From Candidatus Aenigmatarchaeota archaeon (GTDB lineage: Archaea; Aenigmatarchaeota; Aenigmatarchaeia; QMZP01; JAFGSV01): a stretch of DNA of 64,000 nucleotides. Below, in pieces: positions 1-7,758 of this stretch. Position 1 is the first letter of the stretch. Every line of letters begins with the position of its first letter. The DNA is taken from assembly GCA_021163005.1 (NCBI GenBank), contig JAGGXP010000020.1, positions 164 through 64,163 on the forward strand. The letters are read 5' to 3'. A model generated the notes under the pieces. That model had not been told where the DNA came from and searched no databases. It saw only the letters and a program-made list of their open reading frames with translations. The position numbers were made by a program, and so were the translations under genes.

Positions 1-213
1 ACAACGAGGGAACCCTGTTCCCGATGCTTCCGCGTGAGTGGATGCAAGGGAATTTATTCCCGATGCTTCCGCTTGCGCCAAAAGCTTAACGAAAACAAGC
101 CTTTTACAGGAGCTCCGTTCCCTCCGGAACTTCACGTCCGCAAAAGCCTTGAGGGAAAAATGAATATTTACATTATAACGTGCTGTCGGGGAAATTTATC
201 CGTGCCTTCGTGT

Positions 214-332
214 CTCGGGTCAAAAGGCTGCTGAGCTTCGGATAACAGATTGCGCTGTCCGAACTCATCTTTTCCGTTAACACTTAACCATTTTACGGGA
301 GTTGAAACGTCCGCCAAAAGCTTAACGAAAAT
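214..332. repeat. Intergenic repeat module copy A (CTCGG-TCAAAAGGCTGC-GAGCTTCGGATAAC..GCGCTGTCCGAAC..TTTTCCGTTAAC..CCAAAAGCTTAACGAAAA)
   Basis: About 85-90% identical to 21960-22068 and 22218-22300. Contains the hairpin GAGCTTCGGA/TCCGAACTC at 233-266. The CCAAAAGCTTAACGAAAA motif also occurs at 78-95. Confidence 0.75.
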
Positions 333-512
333 GGTAAGAACATACCAGCGGCATCTCTTCTTTCAGGAAGCCTGTTCCGGGAAGCGCCTTATATATTGGC
401 GGCAGCCGGACTTTTCGTTAACGTTTTTGGATGTTTCTGAATGCCAATTCGGAAACAAGGGGATGCATTTCTGCGCCTTATTCCCGCAGTTTATCCTGTC
501 CAAAAAGGTTAG

Positions 513-676
513 TGCGGAGGCGAGGGTTCGAACCTCGGAACCCACTAAGGGAGCAGGTCTTGAGCTTCGACTTCACCAAGCAAGCGCTTTCAGCGCTCAA
601 GAGGCAATCTGCCGCGTTTAGCCCCCGACTGCTACGCAACAACAGCCTGCGGGTTTGACCACTTCGCTACCTCCGC
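513..676 (-). tRNA. tRNA-like gene with ~90-nt internal insertion (putative intron-containing class II-type tRNA; anticodon unresolved)
   Basis: Minus strand reads GCGGAGG-TA-GCG-AAGTGGTCAAACC-CGC ... CGAGG-TTCGAAC-CCTCG-CCTCCGC-A. The 7-bp acceptor stem is perfect, the T-arm with TTCGAAC loop is canonical, and the D-arm resembles class II (Leu/Ser) tRNAs. A CCC-TTAGT-GGG long-variable-arm-like hairpin precedes the T-arm. About 90 nt of insert carries its own stems (CTTGAGC..GCTCAAG and GCGC-TGAAA-GCGC). I could not fold a clean anticodon arm by hand. Confidence 0.4.
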
Positions 677-718
677 ATTTACAATAAGTAATACAATCAA
701 TGGTTTTAAAAGCAGCAT

Positions 719-1138
719 CTAACCGGAAAGCGACTGCAACTCTGTCTTGAGCCTGTCTATCTGATCGTATATGCTCTTGACGTAGTTTTCCACGTCGTCG
801 GGTGGTTTTATTGACGAAGACGTGTCAGGAGACGGGCCGGACTTCTGGAGTAGCTTCATATCTATTGAGGAGATTATGATGTTGACCTTGTCAAGAACCT
901 TGTTCGTGAGGCTCATGGCGGTCTTGAATTCCTTTTCAATCTCTCCCATGGCATCAAGGGCGTCCCTGAGGCCGAGTGAATAGGACCTCAGCTTCTGTAT
1001 GTCGTCGAGGAGCTCTTTGTATCTCTCGACCTTTACAAAAACAGGCGGCACCTTGGGCTTGCTTGAAGGAACAGGGAGAACAGGTTTTGTCTGTACGGCC
1101 TTCTTTATCTGGGACTCAAAATCTTCTGCCATAACCAC
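719..1138 (-). CDS. hypothetical coiled-coil protein
   Basis: 139-aa ORF with a heptad-like charged composition and a Pro/Lys-rich N-terminal segment. No recognisable catalytic motif. Confidence 0.45.
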   Translation of the reverse strand: MVMAEDFESQIKKAVQTKPVLPVPSSKPKVPPVFVKVERYKELLDDIQKLRSYSLGLRDALDAMGEIEKEFKTAMSLTNKVLDKVNIIISSIDMKLLQKSGPSPDTSSSIKPPDDVENYVKSIYDQIDRLKTELQSLSG

Positions 1139-1178
1139 TCAACCAAAAAGCTATATCTTATCTTTCGGTCCCTGATTT

Positions 1179-1937
1179 TTAAATGTTAACCGCCGGACCC
1201 CTTGAAGACCTCCACAACTCCCTGAAAAACTGCCTGTATGACAGCGCGACCTTTTCGCTTCTTATGAGCGTTATGACTGGATGCTCGGACCAGACTATGA
1301 CCGCGACCTTGCCGCCGTAGACCCATGTCGTGGAAGGCGTGTCGTAAAGCGCCTTGTTGAACCTCATTTCAGCGTTATACACTGGTTCACGGGACTTTGG
1401 CGCCCTTATCTTGTCGCTGTATATTATCTTCATGTGGATACGTGCCTGCGCACGCCTCCTGTGCCAGTTCCTCGAATACACCCTGAACATGTCCATGAAG
1501 CGTCCCTCGGCGCCGAACACGAGAAGCTCGGTACCGCTCCTGAGCACATCCTCGGCCACGGTCTTAAGGCCTTTCCTTCCCGTATATACTGTAGCCTCCT
1601 GCTTCTCCTTTGAAAGCGTCCTCTTCATCTCAAGTTCCGGAACAATCTCCTCAAGCTTTTGGCGCCTCTCCCTCAACTCCTCTTCCCTTTCCTCAAGATA
1701 GTGAAGGAACTTGCTGGGAGAAGCGGCCTCGAAATACCTGCGCTCGGCCTTCTTTATGTAGCCGACTAGCCCTTTCTCCGCAAGGCTTCTGAGCGCGTCA
1801 TATACATTGGTCCTGTTGACGCCGGAAGCCTTTGCTATCTCGCCGGCTGTCACGGAGCCCAGATCAAGCAGCGCCAGGTATATCTTGGCTTCATTTCCGG
1901 CAAGGCCGGATTCCCGTAAAATCTTTTCTACATTCAT
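1179..1937 (-). CDS. TrmB-family transcriptional regulator (N-terminal wHTH)
   Basis: N-terminus LAGNEAKIYLALLDLGSVTAGEIAKASGVNRTNVYDALRSLAEKGLV is a typical TrmB HTH. Length 252 aa. Confidence 0.65.
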   Translation of the reverse strand: MNVEKILRESGLAGNEAKIYLALLDLGSVTAGEIAKASGVNRTNVYDALRSLAEKGLVGYIKKAERRYFEAASPSKFLHYLEEREEELRERRQKLEEIVPELEMKRTLSKEKQEATVYTGRKGLKTVAEDVLRSGTELLVFGAEGRFMDMFRVYSRNWHRRRAQARIHMKIIYSDKIRAPKSREPVYNAEMRFNKALYDTPSTTWVYGGKVAVIVWSEHPVITLIRSEKVALSYRQFFRELWRSSRGPAVNI

Positions 1938-2080
1938 AGTGTTGTAATATAATATTACAACATAATTATATATAAGTACGAAGTTATCCGTTTTTTATGA
2001 ACGAAGATCATAATGTTGGAATTTTTTCAGAAAATATTTATGAAAACAAATAGAATGCGTCGGCCGGGATTCCCAGCTCT

Positions 2081-2135
2081 CTGAACCGCAGGGGGCACAT
2101 CCCCCTTCAGTTCTAAGGTGTTCCTGATTCCCCCT
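2081..2135. repeat. 55-nt structured element, identical copy at 22131-22185
   Basis: Exact 55/55 match. The sequence CTGAA-CCGCA-GGGGG-CACAT-CCCCC-TTCAG forms an extended hairpin. Confidence 0.8.
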
Positions 2136-2344
2136 TTATTTTCTTCTTCCGGGGGAAACCTGGGCACCATTCCTCTCTTCCCTTTAACGGGGAATAATGC
2201 TTTAAGGGGGCGTATAAGCGTAAGCTATCGTGGCCCCCTTGAGCCTTTGAACCCGGGTTACAGCGTTGGCAACGCCGTGTCATAACCAGACTAAACTACC
2301 GACGCGTGTGTAATGTTCTTGTATGTCAATTAATAAAAGTTTTT

Positions 2345-2644
2345 TCATCCGAATATCGCGCCGAAGCCGTCCGCGGCGCTCGATTCCTGCTTCTCGATGA
2401 TGCCGATTATATCTTTCGCTTCCTTGTCCTTCAGCTCTTTCGCCGAGTCCTTGAGAATCTCCCTCGCCTTCTTTATGGCTTCATCTTCGCCGTCGAGGAG
2501 CATGTAATATCCTTCCTTTTCCTTTTCCACCGAAGAGTTGTCCCTTATCGTTATACTCTGCCTTGAAACGAGCTCGTCGCCGTAAAGTCTGTTCTTTGCG
2601 CTGCCGTACTTCTCCTTCTCCACGAAAAACACTGCCTTCATCAA
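2345..2644 (-). CDS. hypothetical small acidic protein
   Basis: 99-aa ORF rich in K/E. No confident family assignment. Confidence 0.35.
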   Translation of the reverse strand: MMKAVFFVEKEKYGSAKNRLYGDELVSRQSITIRDNSSVEKEKEGYYMLLDGEDEAIKKAREILKDSAKELKDKEAKDIIGIIEKQESSAADGFGAIFG

Positions 2645-2666
2645 AACACCTCACTTTGAAATTAAA

Positions 2667-4070
2667 TTAGAGTATCCTGCTTTTAAAATAATCGCCGAGA
2701 AATGACGCAAGGTTTTCATTTTTCGCAGCTTCCCTTACAACGCCGGGGCCTTTGGCTATGCTGAATCCGGAAGCAATCGATTCCGCAGGATGGGAAGATA
2801 TGCCATTGGCCCTCAGTGTTTTGATGTCATGCTTAAGCATATCCCTGAGAAGGGCGCCTGCATCTGTGTACTCTCTCTTTATTTCTGCCACGAGGTTTGC
2901 GCCTTCGACCCAGATGCGTCCCTTTCCCCTGTATTTCTTTGTGAATTCATCGCTGTGCTTCTTCGAGAACGTGGGCGGGCCTGCCAGCTTTTTTATCTTC
3001 GGAAGTTTCCACACCTCCAGCTCCATGAAAATCAGGCAGCGCTTAGCATCACACCATACATCGTGCCCGAGCACCTTGAAATCAGCATCCTCCAATACCC
3101 CTTTCAGTCGTCTGGAAGTCCTCCTGAGCTGCGGATATATGACATCGTCAACAACATCCGGCCTTTTGAAAAATATGCCCAGACACTCTGTTCCCCTCTT
3201 CTCCATCATGGATGAAAGCGCCTTTGTACTGACCTGCATTCTTTTCACACGGAAATACTTCTCGTCAGGGTCTTTCAGGAACTCCCTGGCAGCTTCCTTG
3301 AATTTCTCAAAATTGGCAGGAGAAAGAGCAGCGGCGACATTCCTTTTTGAATCGACAGGGTCTATGACCACTAGCGGCTGGCCGAGGTAAATCTTCTTCA
3401 GGTCGGGCACTGTCTTGTGGTGTTTCCTGAGGTCTATGAACACCTTTCCGGCTTCCCACGTGGAAGCATCTTTTAGGAGGTTAAGAAAGCTTCTGTATCG
3501 TATTATGAGAAGCTCTGAAAGGTATCCGGAAAATCCCTCCACCCTGAGGTCCGAACCGTAGATTCCGGCTGCTTTCAGGAATATCTTGAGCAGCCTGACC
3601 TCAGAGGAAAGTTCCGGTGTGAGATTCTGCAGTATGTATTTGTTGTGATGAGGTGTTCTGTCAACTGCCGACTTTATCTTTTCCGGGTTCTTTATGTCGT
3701 AGCAGGGAACAAAATCAACATCATAGCCGCCTATCTTCGCCCTTACATAAGGATGCTCGGCGTATGCGATCTCATAGGTTCCCTCGAGCCTTTCGACTAT
3801 TTCTTTTGCAAGCGAAAGTCCCTTCTTCTCGAGCTCTGCTCTCTGGACAGTTTCCGGGAAGAGTATGAATATGTCGAATTCCTTCTTGTCCTTCAGCCAA
3901 GTATCCCTGAGATATGAACCGGCAAGCGTGTAGATGAGGCCGGCATTCTCAGTAACCTCCTTTGTTGCTCGCCGTATGCCGGCAAGAACCTTTTCGGTCT
4001 TTTTTCTGTCGTTTTCTGTGGGTGTTATGCGCCTGAGTACGCGCTGCAGAACCATAGAGGCGTCTTTCAT
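2667..4070 (-). CDS. cca: CCA-adding tRNA nucleotidyltransferase (archaeal class I)
   Basis: 467 aa. N-terminal polymerase-beta-like region follows the archaeal CCA enzyme layout (..AGSYLRDTWLKDKKEFDIFILFP..). The long C-terminal body fits cca. Confidence 0.7.
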   Translation of the reverse strand: MKDASMVLQRVLRRITPTENDRKKTEKVLAGIRRATKEVTENAGLIYTLAGSYLRDTWLKDKKEFDIFILFPETVQRAELEKKGLSLAKEIVERLEGTYEIAYAEHPYVRAKIGGYDVDFVPCYDIKNPEKIKSAVDRTPHHNKYILQNLTPELSSEVRLLKIFLKAAGIYGSDLRVEGFSGYLSELLIIRYRSFLNLLKDASTWEAGKVFIDLRKHHKTVPDLKKIYLGQPLVVIDPVDSKRNVAAALSPANFEKFKEAAREFLKDPDEKYFRVKRMQVSTKALSSMMEKRGTECLGIFFKRPDVVDDVIYPQLRRTSRRLKGVLEDADFKVLGHDVWCDAKRCLIFMELEVWKLPKIKKLAGPPTFSKKHSDEFTKKYRGKGRIWVEGANLVAEIKREYTDAGALLRDMLKHDIKTLRANGISSHPAESIASGFSIAKGPGVVREAAKNENLASFLGDYFKSRIL

Positions 4071-4140
4071 GTTTATTGTTTGGGTGTGTTGGTTAAAATG
4101 TTTGGCTCGGTTTTTTATTTAATGCAAACAAGAATTTAGT

Positions 4141-4977
4141 ATGCTCAAACTCGGAAGCGGCAAATCGCTTAACATCTCCAAATGGGTGAAGAAGGATGCA
4201 GGCGTCCTTTTTGTGTCATCGAAGGCTCCTGTGACATGCTCGCCAGAGCAAAGGATAAAGGACATAGCACATATACTGGCCTCGAAATACAGAAGGCTTC
4301 CTGTTATGGACGAGAGCGGCCAGCTCAGGGGCATCCTGTCAGGCACAGATATTTTGAAGCTTCTCGTCGGGATGACCAAAAAGAAGAGGGGCATGAGAAG
4401 CCCTGCGGACATGAAGGTAAAAGACGTCATGAATCATCATGTCGTAAACATTGACAAGAATATGAAGCTCGAAGATGTCATAGATTTCTTCAAGAAGCAC
4501 CGGAGGGGCGCGTATCCTGTGACGTACAGGAAAAAGCTCGTCGGGCTGGTCTCTGAATGGGATTTGGTAAGACAGTTGAGGGGCAATACCGGCGTCCGCG
4601 TTTCTGATGTCATGGTAAAGAAGCCCATAATAGCGCGCGAAGACTTTTCAGTTGCTGACACCGCGAAGATGTTTGCAATGGGTGGTTTCAGGAGGCTTCC
4701 TGTTGCCAAGGGAGGCATACTGATTGGTATTGTAACAGCAAGGGATATTCTCGGTTTTCTTGTCAGGAACAGGCTTCTCGGAAAGCTTCCGGAGCAGAGG
4801 CAGAACATAGGAAAAATAATTGTAAGGGAGGTTTCGGCAACCACGGCGGATGCAGACATATACGAAGCTGCAAAGGTTATGGTTTCAGAGAGGGTTGGAG
4901 GACTTCCTGTTGTGGAGGACCACGAACTCACAGGCATATTGACTGAGAGGGACATCGTGGATGTCATTGAATTCTGA
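4141..4977 (+). CDS. CBS-domain protein (tandem CBS pairs)
   Basis: Repeated CBS-like segments (..RLPVMDESGQLRGILSGTDILK.., ..RLPVAKGGILIGIVTARDIL.., ..GLPVVEDHELTGILTERDIV..). Confidence 0.7.
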   Translation: MLKLGSGKSLNISKWVKKDAGVLFVSSKAPVTCSPEQRIKDIAHILASKYRRLPVMDESGQLRGILSGTDILKLLVGMTKKKRGMRSPADMKVKDVMNHHVVNIDKNMKLEDVIDFFKKHRRGAYPVTYRKKLVGLVSEWDLVRQLRGNTGVRVSDVMVKKPIIAREDFSVADTAKMFAMGGFRRLPVAKGGILIGIVTARDILGFLVRNRLLGKLPEQRQNIGKIIVREVSATTADADIYEAAKVMVSERVGGLPVVEDHELTGILTERDIVDVIEF

Positions 4978-4989
4978 GCAGGTATTTCA

Positions 4990-5421
4990 GTGAGGGCAAG
5001 CGGCTATTATCTGAGAAAGTGTCTCAGAGACCTTGAAGGAAAACTGATAGTGGTCGAGGGACTTAAAGACAGAAAGGCTTTAAAAAGCCTTGGTGTAAAA
5101 AATATTATGCATCTTGGCGGCAGACCGCTCGCCGATTTCACCCTTCATGTTTCAAAATCATTAGTTCACAACGACGCTGAATGTGATGAAGTAGTAATAT
5201 TGACAGATTTTGATTCTAAGGGCAGGGAAATTGCGGCGAGGCTCGGTCTTCTTTTCAAGAGGCATAAAATACGAGTGAACTCACGCGTAAGGAATGAGTT
5301 TATGAGATTTGGCAAAAGCTGTATAGAAGATTTTAAGGAAGGTGATGTTTATGGCAAAGCTGGCTCCAACATCAATAAAATACGTGGTGAAAGCCACAAT
5401 AAAGGCAAAGGGCGTGATTGA
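4990..5421 (+). CDS. small Toprim-domain protein (COG1658-like)
   Basis: Motifs LIVVEGLKDRKAL and VVILTDFDSKGREIA match the Toprim E and DxD signatures. About 140 aa. Overlaps the dnaG start. Confidence 0.5.
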   Translation: MRASGYYLRKCLRDLEGKLIVVEGLKDRKALKSLGVKNIMHLGGRPLADFTLHVSKSLVHNDAECDEVVILTDFDSKGREIAARLGLLFKRHKIRVNSRVRNEFMRFGKSCIEDFKEGDVYGKAGSNINKIRGESHNKGKGRD

Positions 5422-6565
5422 AAAGCCCGATGTCATAGGAGCTGTTTTTGGTCAGACAGAGGGACTGCTTGGTTCCGAACTTAACCTGAGGGACCTGCAG
5501 GAAACAGGCCGCATAGGCAGGGTTGAAGTGAAGGTCAGGTCAAAAGGCGGGCAGTCAGAAGGTGAAATAATAATACCAAGCTCGCTTGACGCAGCTGAAA
5601 CCGCGCTGATTGCTGCAACACTGGAGACCATAGAAAGGGTCGGCCCCTGCACAGCGACAATAACTGTCGATTCTGTTGAGGATACAAGGTCCGAGAAGAG
5701 AAAATATGTTGTTGAGAAGGCAAAGGAAATACTCAAAGGCCTTGTTGACAGTGGTGTTCCTGATGCGGACGACATATCAGAGGAAATCAAGGAAGCTGTC
5801 AGAACGCATGAGATAACCTCGTTCCAGGGGCTTCCCTGCGGACCTAATGCGCTCGATTCTGAGGAGATTATAATAGTCGAGGGACGGGCTGACATCATAA
5901 ATCTGCTCAAACACGGCATAAGGAACACCATAGCCATTGAAGGCGCAAGTGTTCCTCCTGCAGTCGCAGCGCTGTCAAAGGAAAAAGAAACAACAGCATT
6001 CATGGACGGCGACCGTGGCGGAGAACTCAATCTCAAAGGGCTGCTCGAGACAGCTGACATAGATTTCGTGGCGACTGCACCAGAAGGGAAGGAAGTGGAA
6101 GAACTCACAAAGAAGGAGATATACAAGGCCCTCAGGGAGAAGGTTCCTGCAGCACAATACAAATTCAAAAACAGCATGGGAAAGACCAGCAGGTCTGCGT
6201 CATCGACAAGGTCAGATAAGCAGACATCAAGGCCGCGCTCTTCAAGAAACGAAAGGACTGTCAGGGCGCCGAGACTCAGGAAGGACCAAAAGGAAAAATT
6301 CAGGAAGATACTTTCGGAGCTGGTTGGTTCAAGGGCTGCGTGCATCTACGACTCGAAGAACCAGCTTCTGGGAAAGGTTCCTGTAAGCGAGCTTATCAAC
6401 ACATTGAGAACAATAGATAATCCCAACACAATCGTATTCGACGGCAAAGTTGACCAGAAAATAAACGGCATTGCTGTTGAAAAAGGTGTCAAGTGTCTTG
6501 TAGGCATGGAAAAGGAAGAAATACACTCACCTGTAAACATAGTGAGCAAGAACGACCTGGAGTGA
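5351..6565 (+). CDS. dnaG: archaeal DnaG-like primase (Toprim)
   Basis: N-terminus ..KPDVIGAVFGQTEGLLG.. and IIVEGRADIINLLKHGIRNTIAIEG..FMDGDRGGELN are hallmarks of archaeal DnaG. Start is ambiguous among the ATGs at 5342, 5345 and 5351. Basic low-complexity tail. Confidence 0.85.
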   Translation: MAKLAPTSIKYVVKATIKAKGVIEKPDVIGAVFGQTEGLLGSELNLRDLQETGRIGRVEVKVRSKGGQSEGEIIIPSSLDAAETALIAATLETIERVGPCTATITVDSVEDTRSEKRKYVVEKAKEILKGLVDSGVPDADDISEEIKEAVRTHEITSFQGLPCGPNALDSEEIIIVEGRADIINLLKHGIRNTIAIEGASVPPAVAALSKEKETTAFMDGDRGGELNLKGLLETADIDFVATAPEGKEVEELTKKEIYKALREKVPAAQYKFKNSMGKTSRSASSTRSDKQTSRPRSSRNERTVRAPRLRKDQKEKFRKILSELVGSRAACIYDSKNQLLGKVPVSELINTLRTIDNPNTIVFDGKVDQKINGIAVEKGVKCLVGMEKEEIHSPVNIVSKNDLE

Positions 6566-6573
6566 GTATGAAT

Positions 6574-6660
6574 ATGCCGAATCTGCGCATGGAGCGCAGC
6601 AGTAAACGGATGCCGAATCTGCGCATGGAGCGCAGCAGTAAACGGATGCCGAATCTGCGG
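6574..6660. repeat. 36-bp tandem direct repeat (2.4 copies), each unit with CTGCGC-N5-GCGCAG palindrome
   Basis: ATGCCGAATCTGCGCATGGAGCGCAGCAGTAAACGG occurs twice, followed by a partial third copy. It lies between the dnaG stop and the M24 peptidase start. Confidence 0.85.
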
Positions 6661-6696
6661 CCCGGCAGGAAGAAAACAGAAGAACTGATATCCAAG

Positions 6697-7731
6697 ATGA
6701 CCGAAATGGGATTGGATGCTCTTGTTTTTGTAAACAATGAGCCGCTTCTGGACACGAACATAGCCTACCTCACGGGCTTCAGGGGCATGCTCAACGGCGC
6801 GCTGGTGTTCACACCCGACGGCACAACACTCATAACAACAGGGCTTGATTACAGCCGCGCCGAAAAAGAGGCAGAAGCAGATGAGATTGTCAAAATTCCC
6901 TCGTCCTCTGGATTCTACAAGTTTTTAGGCAGCAAAATAAAGGGCTACAAAAAACTGGGTGTAATCAAAAACCTGTTTAGTGTTGAAATGGCTGAAAAAA
7001 TGAGGCTTAAACTCGCGGCTCTTGAAGATGTAAAACCGATAATGTCCAAGCTCAGGTCAGTAAAAACTGAAGGGGAAATAGAGGCTATACGAAAGGCCGG
7101 CAGAATCTGCAACAAAGGGCTGGACATAATTTCAGGCATGCTTGCCAGGGAGGTAACTGAGACTGAAATAGCCGCGGAGCTTGAAAGTGAACTGAAAAAA
7201 TCAGGTTCTGAGCACCTTGCATTTGAAACAATTGTCACAAGCGGGAAGAGATCCGCGCTTGTCCATCCGGCTCCCCCTGCATCGCAGAAAGCTGTTGGCC
7301 GCGGACTGGGGCTTGTCGACTTCGGCGCTGTATATGATGGTTACTCAACAGATGTAACTGTGCCATTTGCATTGGGGAAAATTAACGCAAAGGAGGAAAT
7401 ACTCATAGAAACAGTAATTTCTGTCTGGGATGAACTCAGAAATCTTCTGAAGCATGGTACAAAAACCAGCAACCTCCATGACATTTATGTGAATCATATG
7501 AAAAGGGGGGGTCTTGAAGTGAGGCACTCGCTCGGCCACGGCGTGGGAATGGACGTTCACGAATATCCGAGCCTCAGCAGCCCTGAAAGCATGCTTGAGG
7601 AAGGCATGGTTGTGGCAGTCGAACCCGGCGCCTACCTTGACGGAGTGGGTGGCTGCAGGCTTGAAAACACAATACTGATAAAAAGGAAGGGATATGAAAT
7701 GCTCACGAAATCAAAGTTAATAAGGATGTAA
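6697..7731 (+). CDS. M24-family Xaa-Pro aminopeptidase/dipeptidase
   Basis: HSLGHGVGMDVHEYP metal-binding motif and the creatinase/prolidase architecture. I placed the start at the ATG downstream of the tandem repeat rather than at the long-ORF start 6493. Confidence 0.75.
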   Translation: MTEMGLDALVFVNNEPLLDTNIAYLTGFRGMLNGALVFTPDGTTLITTGLDYSRAEKEAEADEIVKIPSSSGFYKFLGSKIKGYKKLGVIKNLFSVEMAEKMRLKLAALEDVKPIMSKLRSVKTEGEIEAIRKAGRICNKGLDIISGMLAREVTETEIAAELESELKKSGSEHLAFETIVTSGKRSALVHPAPPASQKAVGRGLGLVDFGAVYDGYSTDVTVPFALGKINAKEEILIETVISVWDELRNLLKHGTKTSNLHDIYVNHMKRGGLEVRHSLGHGVGMDVHEYPSLSSPESMLEEGMVVAVEPGAYLDGVGGCRLENTILIKRKGYEMLTKSKLIRM

Positions 7732-7758
7732 AAACAATTCTAATTATAAGGTGATTTT

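Noticed and set aside
34-658. ORF-track ORFs within region A (34-234, 250-621, 363-545, 431-658) and within region B (22163-22570, 22352-22613).
   Set aside because: They run across repeat modules and the tRNA-like element, have no RBS or promoter context, and show low-complexity translations. I treat them as noncoding.
2207-2290. GGGGGCG...GCCCCC and GGGTTCAAAGG segments in the 1938-2344 intergenic region considered as a tRNA.
   Set aside because: I could not build acceptor, D and T arms with correct spacing in either orientation. It is more likely a simple GC hairpin.
2752-3390. Long antisense ORFs inside well-supported genes. Examples: 2752-3390 (+) inside cca; 5452-6345 (-) inside dnaG; 19336-20316 (-) inside radA; 25136-25873 (-) inside the AMP phosphorylase gene; 53369-53995 (-) inside abcE1; 41638-42243 (+) inside FlaI.
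   Set aside because: Each lies opposite a gene with strong conserved motifs, and the translations are low-complexity Ser/Pro/Arg-rich, typical of antisense frames.
6574-6660. Possible CRISPR-like array.
   Set aside because: There are only 2.4 directly abutting units with no unique spacers. The unit is 36 bp, but the copies are contiguous rather than interspaced.
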